A stretch of 63,179 nt of DNA, counting the filler, from Octopus bimaculoides (Eukaryota): NCBI RefSeq assembly GCF_001194135.2. It is 5 parts of 5 records of this genome, joined end to end, with 100 filler letters (N's around TTAATTAATTAA, not from the genome) between each part and the next. Parts side by side here need not be neighbours in the genome. Positions count along the whole stretch, not along the records: positions 48,566 to 63,179 come from NC_068990.1; 4 more parts are not named here. One strand, written 5' to 3'. How positions within the stretch are numbered: the first letter of the stretch is position 1; each line of letters opens with the position of its first letter. The position numbers and the translations under genes were made by a program. A model generated the notes under the pieces. The model saw only the letters and a program-made list of their open reading frames with translations, did no database searches and was not told where the DNA came from. Positions 49,286 through 61,529 of this stretch are shown piece after piece.

Positions 49286-50153
49286 TGATAATATGTAATA
49301 GAATATGTTTACTGGGGAGTTTTATCAATCAGAACATATATGTAATAATCAAAACTGCAAGTGTCCAGTGATATTTCAAATATTTTGCATAGGAGGAGTG
49401 AATACGCTATTATTTTATCTGTTTGGTGGTAGTTTCATTCCGTTATTTTGAACAAGGTATATAAACGTAAAATATGTATGTATGAAGAGAAATATTTTCC
49501 CTTATTCAATGTATCTTACATAGCTTTGAATTGCAATTTTATATATGATGTGAAAAATCTACTGATAAATAGATTAACAAACTCAAACGTTCACTGATTT
49601 TATAGCAAACGTTAAGTTATAATATGAAATTCGTGCTAAGTTCTTGTAACAGCAAGCATCACAGCTTTTATGTCACAGCTTTTATGCCTATCGATACCAT
49701 AGAAGCGCCTAAAACCGATTCTACAACTTGGAATATGTTTACGTTTGTTATACAATCTCTGATGAATTGTTGATGTAATCCGTTTGTTATGTATTTTGTG
49801 AAATAAGAAAAGAATAGTCTTGGTAGCGTGTGAAATGTAGTGAATTAACGTAAACTCCGTATCTACGTTTCCGTTCGTGCATCTCAATGTCTGTGTCCAT
49901 GTATGTATTGATAAGTATGTATGCATATATGGAGAGACAGATACATTGATTTCTGGATTAATTTGCTTATATCTGCATATTAGATGTAATCAGTGATGCG
50001 GTGCTCCGTAGATATAAAGTAATCTAAATGTCTCTTGAATTAATTTGAATACCAACTTTTCAAGGCTACTTCACGACCTGTAGAACAATCCATAAAACCT
50101 GATGCCATACACTGTTCTAAAGTAGCATTCCTTTATCGAATAAATGTGTGTGG

Positions 50154-50228
<75 letters not shown>

Positions 50229-50706
50229 CGTGTGTGTGTGTGTATCTCGGGGAGATTTATTTATTAATCAGAGTATGTGTAAACTATATAGTTGATAACA
50301 AACGCTAATTTAGCTGTTCCTCTGTAAGTTTGATAAAATGATGAACAACCTTAATTGATCTTCGAATCCTATTGTATTCTCATCAGAGGCACTACATCAA
50401 TTTAAGCAATCCCAAAGAAACAAGCTGCCAATTTATTTATATACTCAACAATTCCAGTACGTACAGGAAACTGGAGCTACTAAATCTAAGACTTAGAACT
50501 TTGTGTTTGATTATATTTCAAATGCTTTATGTGCGAGAAGCTAATGCGCTCTTACCCTGTGTGTCTGACTAGTTTCGTTTCGATATTTTGAACAGAGTAT
50601 ATATAAGCAAAATCCGTGCCAAGATTAATTCATTCAATTTATTCAATACACCTTATACATATTTCATTTACAATACTATATGTCAAATGAATATATATAT
50701 ATACAT

Positions 50707-50774
<68 letters not shown>

Positions 50775-51012
50775 NNNNNNNNNNNNNNNNNNNNNNNNNN
50801 NNNNNNNNNNNNNNNNNNNNNNNNNNNNNNNNNNNNNNNNNNNNNNNNNNNNNNNNNNNNNNNNNNNNNNNNNNNNNNNNNNNNNNNNNNNNNNNNNNNN
50901 NNNNNNNNNNNNNNNNNNNNNNNNNNNNNNNNNNNNNNNNNNNNNNNNNNNNNNNNNNNNNNNNNNNNNNNNNNNATATATATATATATATACACACACT
51001 TACACACACAAA

Positions 51013-51059
<47 letters not shown>

Positions 51060-53027
51060 GTTTGTGTGTGTAAGTGTGTATTCCTGAGTCTATGTTCATG
51101 TGTCTGTGTGCGTGTGTGTTTTCGTATGCCACAAAATCTATGGATGCAGAACAGGGCTATAACAAAAACTGTGTAAAGGTATTTTCTCCGCCTGTCCACT
51201 GATTCTACAGAAGTGTCCTTCTTCATCCTGAGACGGAGATAGTCATACGATCGAATCAGGTTCTGATGTCTCTAACGATTCTGCCAGCTCGCCTCTATCT
51301 GTCTGTATAACTATCCCTCTGTAGCCTCCTAACGATTTGAAGTTTAACCAAATCTCCGTTATTCGCATTAGAAAAAAACTTGCGATTGTTTTTACAAGAT
51401 TACTCACCTAGACATCTTTTCGACTATCTACGTAATGCACAAATACTTAGCAATAGGTGTGTATATGTGCATGTTCAAGTAACGCTGTGTGACGCCTTGC
51501 ACAAGCATCTACCACAATATATCTTTAGTGGACTCAATTTGGTATTGACATGCAAAGGAAGTATGGCATTGTTCTCGTATTGACAAAGTATCAAGCTTGC
51601 TTTGCATTATGCATCTTTTAAAAGAACTAATGTTCACAATACACTAAACTATGTTAACTGTGATTTAACAAATGATCGATAAGTTGGAGACACTAACATC
51701 ATCGTGCAGCCTGCTAAAAATAGCAGTCATATTTACTATTGCTTTAATGTAGCAATTCATGCTTTAGAGAAGACGACGATGCTCCGGGCTTTTACTGTAT
51801 GTGAACAACTTACTCCCTTTATTCGAGAAGTTGGTGTTAGCAACAACAACGACCGCAACAGCAGCAAGAGCAGCAAGAGCAACAGTAACACCAACACCTA
51901 GAGAAACAGCAAGAACACGAGTGAGAGCAGCAGTAACAAGAACAGAAACAGTGATAGTACGTATCACAGCTGCCGCGAGATCCATCGTCCATGAGAATAC
52001 ATATGTATGAACCGGAAACTTGCTTTAAGATATTTCATATTGTAAACTTGCTAAAACTTTAAATCTAAATGTATTTCAGTGAATTTATTTACTTTCTTCA
52101 ATTGAAAATGTAGAACCATTATTTATGATGGCGCAGAATGACTACTATAGATCTCTCACTAAAACCAATAAACGAATAAAATAGACTCCATGAGAGTGTA
52201 TTATACGCTTGGGTCTTTCCTACTTAATTTCAAATTTGGTGTTGAATTTCATGTATGAAATGTAGTATATTGACCGCTGCTTGTCTCTTCAAGAAATATT
52301 TATTTGTGTTTAATCCCGATGTTTAATATAACCATCTTACGCTGTATGTCTAGAGATAACATAAGAAACATGAATATTTTCATAGACAAATACACGAAAC
52401 AACTTCAGAGGCCTGTCGAGCATTAAATATTACGTAACATACATTGAGATATCAGACTTCTAACTATGTATGTATGTATGTATGTATGCATGTATGTTTG
52501 TATGTATGTATGTATGTACGTATGTATATATAATGTATATGTATGTATATATATATATGTATGTATATATATATNNNNNNNNNNNNNNNNNNNNNNNNNN
52601 NNNNNNNNNNNNNNNNNNNNNNNNNNNNNNNNNNNNNNNNNNNNNNNNNNNNNNNNNNNNNNNNNNNNNNNNNNNNNNNNNNNNNNNNNNNNNNNNNNNN
52701 NNNNNNNNNNNNNNNNNNNNNNNNNNNNNNNNNNNNNNNNNNNNNNNNNNNNNNNNNNNNNNNNNNNNNNNNNNNNNNNNNNNNNNNNNNNNNNNNNNNN
52801 NNNNNNNNNNNNNNNNNNNNNNNNNNNNNNNNNNNNNNNNNNNNNNNNNNNNNNNNNNNNNNNNNNNNNNNNNNNNNNNNNNNNNNNNNNNNNNNNNNNN
52901 NNNNNNNNNNNNNNNNNNNNNNNNNNNNNNNNNNNNNNNNNNNNNNNNNNNNNNNNNNNNNNNNNNNNNNNNNNNNNNNNNNNNNNNNNNNNNNNNNNNN
53001 NNNNNNNNNNNNNNNNNNNNNNNNNNN

Positions 53028-53070
<43 letters not shown>

Positions 53071-53224
53071 AAGAAAGCGTAAGATATTGACAGTGTTATA
53101 AAAATTGCGTTAAAGTTTGGATTGCACGCACGGAGAACAGCGAATATCTAAATAATAACGTATGTAGTCATTCTTAAAGCTTTCTGGCAGATGTTTAGGT
53201 GAATAGGTGATAAATAGCGGCCTG

Positions 53225-53530
53225 GCTCTTCGTCGGTTCCAACTACGAGTGTTCCATTTGATTTGATCTGATCAATAGAACAGCCTATTCGTGAAATTAC
53301 CAAGCAGGTGACTGACCTCTACACAGACACGCGTATCAGTTACTATTGTTCTCAGGGAGATTCAAAATGTTACAGACCTGGCCCTTTGAATTAAAGATGC
53401 CCTTTCTTTTCGCCAGTTGAGTGGACTGTGTGTAACACACTTGATACTTCGGTGCAAGATGACTTTAGGACATTGCGTTGTTTGCGCCTAACTGCCCAAT
53501 CAAACCTGTCTTACCACTGGATCCATGCTC
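53225..53530 (-). mobile_element. Degenerate SINE (D-like head plus C/D shared tail)
   Basis: cagcct.ttcgtgaaatta..acagacacgcgta..ctcagggagattca..ggccctttgaatta, then gccagttgagtggactg. Confidence 0.65.
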
Positions 53531-54225
53531 TTCTGCAGGCACCAGATGAATTATTATTGTCCGTTTTGGCACACTTCAGTTTGAATTAACAAATAATTTG
53601 TTTGCTGATTGCTATAAACAAGAGCTGGTGCTCTGGCCAGATTCTTCAGGGTGGCAAAATTTTAAGTATGTTTAACCATTACACAATACGAGGAGATAAA
53701 TTAACAAGAACTGATAATATTAAATTACGTATAGAAAACGAAATAAAAGACTTGCACAGAAACCATCCATTCAGTTACTTAGATTCAGATGAAAGTGATA
53801 ATATACAACACACCGAAATGAAGAAAATTACTGTAGAGTCACGCGTATATTAAAATCCGAAATCTATAAGATGATACATATAACGAAAAACTCCAGATAT
53901 GATATAAACTTTCACATAATGAAGTCGAAGTCGTATATGTATATACATATACGTATGTATATATGCATGTATATATATATATATATNNNNNNNNNNNNNN
54001 NNNNNNNNNNNNNNNNNNNNNNNNNNNNNNNNNNNNNNNNNNNNNNNNNNNNNNNNNNNNNNNNNNNNNNNNNNNNNNNNNNNNNNNNNNNNNNNNNNNN
54101 NNNNNNNNNNNNNNNNNNNNNNNNNNNNNNNNNNNNNNNNNNNNNNNNNNNNNNNNNNNNNNNNNNNNNNNNNNNNNNNNNNNNNNNNNNNNNNNNNNNN
54201 NNNNNNNNNNNNNNNNNNNNNNNNN

Positions 54226-54258
<33 letters not shown>

Positions 54259-54436
54259 TATTGATATTATTATATACAGAGTAGGTGGAAAGTAACAAAG
54301 CATCAGAAATTGCTTATAGAATTTTCAGTATCACTGAATTCATGACGCAAACCTTTTTTAAACAGTCAACTCTAATAGGCATTTGTTTTTTTTTTTTGTT
54401 TTTTTTTTGTCTTATTTCTCATTTCTTCTTTTGCCG

Positions 54437-54895
54437 ATGGACGGTCACCTGACTATTCAGAAGCGAGCTAAGATAACAGCACGCTATGACGTGTGGAATT
54501 CCATTGTTTTGGTTCGGTGATGGTAGCGTGCAACACTACGTCCGTAGACAATAAAAGTTGTCATGTAAAGCTTATGACCACCGTCTCTGTGAACGATGCA
54601 AGAAGAAGTGACCGCTCAACTACATTACGATAACCGGAGTAGGTGGGAAGATTGCGTGAAATGTCTAATCGCAGCCCACAAAAATTAACACTTCAAGCAG
54701 CTCGTGAAAGTGGACTAACAAGACACACAATCCGTACGGTGTTGCTTAAAGAATTGAATTTTCGGCCGTGGAAATGCCACTACGTGCAGGAACAAAAACC
54801 TGAAGACTGTGACCGCAGATGTCCAGACGTCCAACACACCAAGAAGTCCAGGTCTCATTCCATGTGATTTCTGACTGTGGGGTTACACAAATGAG
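54437..54895 (+). mobile_element. Internally deleted Tc1/mariner-superfamily transposase
   Basis: N-terminal DGHLTIQKRAKITARYDVWNS; HTH RSPQKLTLQAARESGLTRHTIRTVLLKELNFRPWKCHYVQEQKPEDCDRR; joined to PRSPGLIPCDF*LWGYT (about WPPRSPDLTPCDFFLWGY). Confidence 0.85.
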
Positions 54896-55641
54896 GAGGG
54901 TTGCTTTGAATCGAGTGCTACATGTAGGTCGAAACAACAAGGTATCTCAAAGTCCACCTACACCGGTAAACTATGTGTGCTAAGAACACGCAGCCAGGTG
55001 GTGTTCTCTGAAGACAAACGTGCGCTCTGCTATTTACGTTCGAATCGGCAAAAACGCATTAACTTACATAAGGCATTTTCTACTTGTGTATAAATATGTA
55101 TGTATGTTCCCTTGTATGAATATGTCTGCCTGAAAGAAGCCCGTAGTGTGTATATATATATATATATNNNNNNNNNNNNNNNNNNNNNNNNNNNNNNNNN
55201 NNNNNNNNNNNNNNNNNNNNNNNNNNNNNNNNNNNNNNNNNNNNNNNNNNNNNNNNNNNNNNNNNNNNNNNNNNNNNNNNNNNNNNNNNNNNNNNNNNNN
55301 NNNNNNNNNNNNNNNNNNNNNNNNNNNNNNNNNNNNNNNNNNNNNNNNNNNNNNNNNNNNNNNNNNNNNNNNNNNNNNNNNNNNNNNNNNNNNNNNNNNN
55401 NNNNNNNNNNNNNNNNNNNNNNNNNNNNNNNNNNNNNNNNNNNNNNNNNNNNNNNNNNNNNNNNNNNNNNNNNNNNNNNNNNNNNNNNNNNNNNNNNNNN
55501 NNNNNNNNNNNNNNNNNNNNNNNNNNNNNNNNNNNNNNNNNNNNNNNNNNNNNNNNNNNNNNNNNNNNNNNNNNNNNNNNNNNNNNNNNNNNNNNNNNNN
55601 NNNNNNNNNNNNNNTATATATATATATGTATGTATATATAT

Positions 55642-55682
55642 ATACGACGGGCCTCTTTCAGTTTCTGTCTTCCAAATCCACG
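55642..55682 (-). mobile_element. SINE family B fragment beside (TA)n
   Basis: tacgacgggcctctttcagtttctgtct.ccaaatccac. Confidence 0.65.
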
Positions 55683-57089
55683 CCTATGTATGTATATGAA
55701 TAACATTGACCGTGGTATGTTGTGGAAAATTTTAAAAAGAAAAATGTCTTTTAAAAAGAGAAAAAAATGTATTTTCTCCCTTTCGAACTTCGTTCGTACG
55801 CGAAATCCCTTTGCATCGGTTGTCGCTCTTGCCGTCAAAATTTAAACGGAAAGAAAACGAACATTTGACAACCAGCGATGCCGTCGCTCATCAATTTCGA
55901 TATAAAAATATAAGAATAAAGCTTTGTACTAATATTCTTATGTTGGGCTTGTTAAGTGTTATGGGATTCGTTAAACACCTTACGATGTTTCTATTACTTT
56001 TGATGTTAATATACAATATTGTTTTTGCTTGAAAGGAATAGCTGTATTGTTTAATGATTATGATATATAACTTTATCGATGCAATTATTAGGTTCAGATT
56101 GAATACTGTCGACGGCAATGGCGGTGTCTCTTTCCCTCATTTTAATGTCCGATGTGTTAGGATTTATGGGCCGGCGTGAGGATGATATTATCTTACTATT
56201 GATGTTAATATATAATATGGTTTTTACTTGAAAGCAAGCATTCTATTGTGTAAGCTTTATCATTGAAAACTAAACCTAATTTAACATTAGTTTCATTGCA
56301 GTGTACGTTTAATTCCTCTATCCTCTTTAAAAGCCTATCATCTCTTTTAGTTAATTAACCGATTACTAATACGTTAGTATTGTATGTCAGTATATTATAT
56401 ATATATATGCATATANNNNNNNNNNATATCCTGATATACGACTGGTGATATAATTTCTGTAACAATGCAGGATGGGGTGCAATGCAAAGATAGATGTGAT
56501 TACTGTTTATACACTATCAATATTTTTCTTTCACTGTTATATATGTGAACGCATATTTTATGATATAAAACTTGGTTGAGGAAGTACAATGCGAAAGTTT
56601 CTCGCAGTCGTTGTGTATTCCGAGGTGAATATGAATCAACCATATTTATGATCACAAGCATTAAACGTATTAGTCACCTGCATTTGAAACAAAAAATATA
56701 GAGTATCCGAAGAAAAAATATTGCATCGAAAGTCTTTGCTCTCGTCATACTCGATGTTTGCTTATTTTGTTTTCCTTTGCAACTATGGGAGTAACCATTA
56801 TTTGAATTCCTAGAATTAAAACGGTAATACCATTTCCTCTTGAGAACCTTTTACCATTACTGGTTGTACAACATATGTACGGGGACACACGCTTGTAAGC
56901 AGCATCAAATGTTGGGTGAAATTGTCATCTACTTTCATGGCGTCTACTTGATTTATAGAAGATTTTCTTTCGAGGATCTAAACAAAACGACACTAGTTAC
57001 CAAAAGGAGTGAAGAAACAAAAGCACAAAACACGCACACTCATACCTAGACTCACAATCACGTACACACAAAATTTCTTTGTGTATGAA

Positions 57090-57248
57090 CAGGGCAGCCA
57101 ATGATTTTATGGAAAAAAATCTTCACAACATTTAAGCGATCTACTTCCGAATGTTGCGAATCGTTTCAATTTTAGATTACTAGCATTCTCAAATGGATCG
57201 CTAAAAAATTGTGGAGGTTTTGCAAACATGAAACTATTGGTTGCCGTG
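57090..57248. mobile_element. 159-bp degenerate palindromic (fold-back) MITE-like element
   Basis: Outer arms cagggcagccaatgattttatg vs reverse complement cacggcaaccaatagtttcatg (17/22); next arm 21/26; inner gaatgttgcgaatc/gattactagcattc (10/14). Confidence 0.65.
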
Positions 57249-57847
57249 AAAATCCCTAAATAAAGAATGTTTAATATTTTTCCACCAATGGAGTTTTTGT
57301 CTTACTCTGGATTGTTCATGTTTCTAATGGTCAGTAGAAATAAATAAGAAACAAAATACTCGCATTTTCCAGCCATTCATCTTCTCTGTCCACGGTTCTT
57401 GGAAGGGTCGTGGATCTAGAATCCTCAGGAACTTCCATAGAGTCCTATCAAAAGTAGATGATATTTCCGTTTCTGACTGAATTTCTAAGCATGACCAATT
57501 GAGAATTTGGCTATTGTCCAATCATCGTGTTCTTGGTCTACTCCCAAGTTATTTGACGGTTGTCTCGGCCTTAAGAATTCCATTTGCATTTCTTTGCAAC
57601 ATTCTAAACCCATGTCCGTAGTATTGAAGACCTTTGAATATGAAGAATAACTGACTCAAATTCGAGAGAATCCTTTATCTCCAAACCACGCGTTTCGGCG
57701 AGTAAATTTACTCCAGAGAACCTCCCTTCGAACGCCATTCTGACCGCTTGTATACGCAATCATACTTTTTCGATCATTACACAATTTGCCTCATCATATA
57801 TCATACCTATATGATACACATACTGTAAAGGTTCACGGTTTTGTAGT

Positions 57848-58150
57848 GAGGGTTTTAGGTTCACGATCGTGACGTCGTGCGTTCGATTCCAAGTGACGTG
57901 TGTTTTCCTTGAGTAGGACAATTTATTTCACGCTTCTCTAGTCGACACAGCTGGCAAAAATGTATCGTATCTTTAGTTCAAAGAGCCAGCCTTGTCACAT
58001 TCTGTGTTACACAGAAGCTTCTTGAGGACTACGTTAAAGGTACGCGTGTCTGTGGAATACTCAGTCGCTTCCACTCCATTTTCATGTGCAGGCTCGTCCG
58101 TTGATCGGACCATCTGGTACAATCGTCAGCGTATCGACAAACTGCCATTA
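57848..58150 (+). mobile_element. SINE with D-type head and C-type tail
   Basis: gttcacgatcg..gcgttcgattcc..gtgttttccttgag..atttcacgc, then gccagccttgtcacattctgtg..gtgtctgtgga..ccgttgatcgga. Confidence 0.75.
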
Positions 58151-58746
58151 AGAAACTATTAATTGGTCAATCGAATATGGTTTGATTTGACCAAGAAATG
58201 TGAATGTGGATAAAATTACCATGGTATAGTTATTCGGGGGTGATGGTGAATTAGACATCTATATGATATTATAAACATCGAATTATAAGTTAAATCACTG
58301 TTATCGGAGATATGTTATAGAGATTCCTTAATCGCTTGTTCAAAATAAACAGTGTGGGGTACGCAAAATTATTAATTCAATCTCTAGTGATTCATCATAC
58401 TATTTACAAAAAATATGTATGTAATTAATGAGATTATTTTAATGTTATATTATTTGCTTCCAGTGTTGATTTATCGGTTTTATTAACAGCTGTAGTAATA
58501 ATGGCATTAATAATTGGATAAAAAGTAGTTATCATCTTGTTGAGTATTGCGATAAATTGTATTTAAGTTAATTTTAATAAAATCGTAAACGTCAAAAAAG
58601 GAGACAAATATAGTATGTAAATGAGGAATGTTGCGTGTTGCGTGAGGCGTGAGGTAACAAATTTCCATATTTTCTAAGGAGCAAAAACAGGCAGTAACTC
58701 AATTTCTCTCTCTCGTTTCATATATATATATATATATACACATACG

Positions 58747-58782
<36 letters not shown>

Positions 58783-58881
58783 CAACTATCTAACTATCTA
58801 CCTATCTCTATATCTATTTATTTATGTATCTATACATACACACACACACACACACGTATACAAATACATATTCATAGATAG

Positions 58882-58921
<40 letters not shown>

Positions 58922-59005
58922 GATAAGTAAGAATATGTATATATATATATATTTGTATATATGTATGTATATATCCATACATATATGCGTGCGTGTATGT
59001 AAGCA

Positions 59006-59037
<32 letters not shown>

Positions 59038-59042
<5 letters not shown>

Positions 59043-59119
59043 GTCAGCCACACTTAAGTGGCAATATACTACACTTTATCGTGCAGTTACTGTTAATACT
59101 TCATTTAGAGAATTAACAT
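59038..59119 (+). repeat. 82-bp sequence, copy 1 (identical to 62919-63000)
   Basis: taggggtcagccacacttaagtggcaatatactacactttatcgtgcagttactgttaatacttcatttagagaattaacat. Confidence 0.95.
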
Positions 59120-59178
59120 TGCTTATATATATATATATATGCATGTATGTATCCATAATTGTATGTATGCAGTGTGCT

Positions 59179-59223
<45 letters not shown>

Positions 59224-59704
59224 ATACTCGAGGTAGAGAGGTACAGGGAAAAACGAAAAGATGCATAACAGAAGCATTACTGAGATATCTACATACATCG
59301 ATACCTCTTAAAAAGAGATGAGAAAGAAGAAAACAAATAAGAGTGCGGCAGAATACCGTTTGCTTTTGGTAGATTTGTACGTGTGTTGTGCAGACATTTC
59401 TAAGTGAAACGTGCCGATTTCCAATGGAGCAGATCAATAAGTTACATCATTGATAGAGAGCCGAATTATTCACTTTGTTCCGAAAGTGTTTTTCCCTGAG
59501 ATCAATCAATGTTTGCATCGACTGTGTAGAGCTTTATTATCTAAAACTATGCATTGATGGCTGCATGTGGCTGTTAAATGTATTTCATAAGTTGCACGCC
59601 GAAGGTCGATATGCCTCTTTCAATAAGCAATGCTTTCCACATTTAGAATTTTTTGCTATTTCATATGATTTCCCTCACTATGTCACTCATCTCTCTCTCC
59701 TTCA

Positions 59705-59750
<46 letters not shown>

Positions 59751-60343
59751 NNNNNNNNNNNNNNNNNNNNNNNNNNNNNNNNNNNNNNNNNNNNNNNNNN
59801 NNNNNNNNNNNNNNNNNNNNNNNNNNNNNNNNNNNNNNNNNNNNNNNNNNNNNNNNNNNNNNNNNNNNNNNNNNNNNNNNNNNNNNNNNNNNNNNNNNNN
59901 NNNNNNNNNNNNNNNNNNNNNNNNNNNNNNNNNNNNNNNNNNNNNNNNNNNNNNNNNNNNNNNNNNNNNNNNNNNNNNNNNNNNNNNNNNNNNNNNNNNN
60001 NNNNNNNNNNNNNNNNNNNNNNNNNNNNNNNNNNNNNNNNNNNNNNNNNNNNNNNNNNNNNNNNNNNNNNNNNNNNNNNNNNNNNNNNNNNNNNNNNNNN
60101 NNNNNNNNNNNNNNNNNNNNNNNNNNNNNNNNNNNNNNNNNNNNNNNNNNNNNNNNNNNNNNNNNNNNNNNNNNNNNNNNNNNNNNNNNNNNNNNNNNNN
60201 NNNNNNNNNNNNNNNNNNNNNNNNNNNNNNNNNNNNNNNNNNNNNNNNNNNNNNNNNNNNNNNNNNNNNNNNNNNNNNNNNNNNNNNNNNNNNNNNNNNN
60301 NNNNNNNNNNNNNNNNNNNNNNNNNNNNNNNNNNNNNNNNNNN

Positions 60344-60374
<31 letters not shown>

Positions 60375-60503
60375 CATACAAACACACAAACACAGACACA
60401 TACGCATACACACACAGACGCAAATATATATATAATAAAATCATGCCTGGAGTCATTCCATGCGCAGCGATACACAGATACACACATTTATTTCATAGCC
60501 ACT

Positions 60504-60548
<45 letters not shown>

Positions 60549-61119
60549 ACTCACTAAATTTTTCCCATCACACTCATTCACATATATATACGCTCTATAA
60601 ACTACACGCACATACAAACGCGCGCGCGCGCACTATGAGTAACCCGCTCCATTATCTCAGTGTACGTCTATAACCATTCATCTTCCTTATTACTCTCTTT
60701 TATTCTTCTCTAAATACGCAAACTCACAAATGCTAAATAAACACTGACTTACAGCCAGCCTTCTGTTACATTCATGCCCGTCTTGATTTATGAATCTTTT
60801 CATGGCTTTTCGGTGAACATTCTTAATGTACAGCTTCGGTTAAACACGAGAATATGAAATTATAAGGTCGAAGGTACTCGATTTAGCTCAACGTATATTT
60901 ATATATTCTAACTTCCCTTCGTAGTCCGTTGTTAATTCTCCATATCTTCAAACAATGAAAACGTCAACGTGTGAGCAGACAGAGAGGTCTTCCACTTGGA
61001 AATGTTTTATGTAACTTTTCCTTAAAATAGTTTTCGTCTGCTCCGAAGAATGTGGCCAACGCCTGGCTAGTTTTCCAGTTAGGCTTTAACTCTTTTGCTT
61101 CCATAGTTTTGTTGAAATA

Positions 61120-61260
61120 ACTGGCAATCCGTCTATTACGACGATATGTGTTCCAGTTAATTCCTATCAACAGAACGGCCTGCTCGTAAAATTAACGAGA
61201 AACAGGTTGAACATTCCACAGATGCACGTAAGTTTCACTTAGTTTTCAGGGAGATTCTGC
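61120..61260 (-). mobile_element. SINE C/D shared tail fragment
   Basis: tggcaatccgtc..tacgacga..gttccagtt.at.c.atcaac.gaacggcctgctcgt.aaattaacg. Confidence 0.7.
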
Positions 61261-61529
61261 AAGTGAGCCATCGGACGGATTATCACTTGTTCCTATCCAT
61301 AAATCATTCCCTGCACTCAGGATGTTTCAGTGAAGGAGTTCTTCACATCCGAAAACAAGAGCTGATATTAGAATGGAACCAAAGAACTGTTAGAGAATTG
61401 GCCTCAGACAGTACAGCACAATGATCTCCACTTTTAATACTACGATTTTAGTGGTGGAATAAAGTAAATAAGTTAACAAAATATTGCAAAACTTTTGACT
61501 TAACATACTATTATAGTTATTAAATAATG

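Noticed and set aside
50387-50456. Exon-shaped island catcag|AGGCAC...TTCCA|GTACGT
   Set aside because: Weak polypyrimidine tract, two open frames, unrecognised peptide.
51400-51430. Strong minus-strand donor TAG|GTGAGT
   Set aside because: No matching acceptor or open frame could be defined upstream.
60964-61170. 68-aa minus-strand ORF (..WKTSQALATFFGADENYFKEKLHKTF..)
   Set aside because: Starts inside a SINE tail; no splice or homology support.
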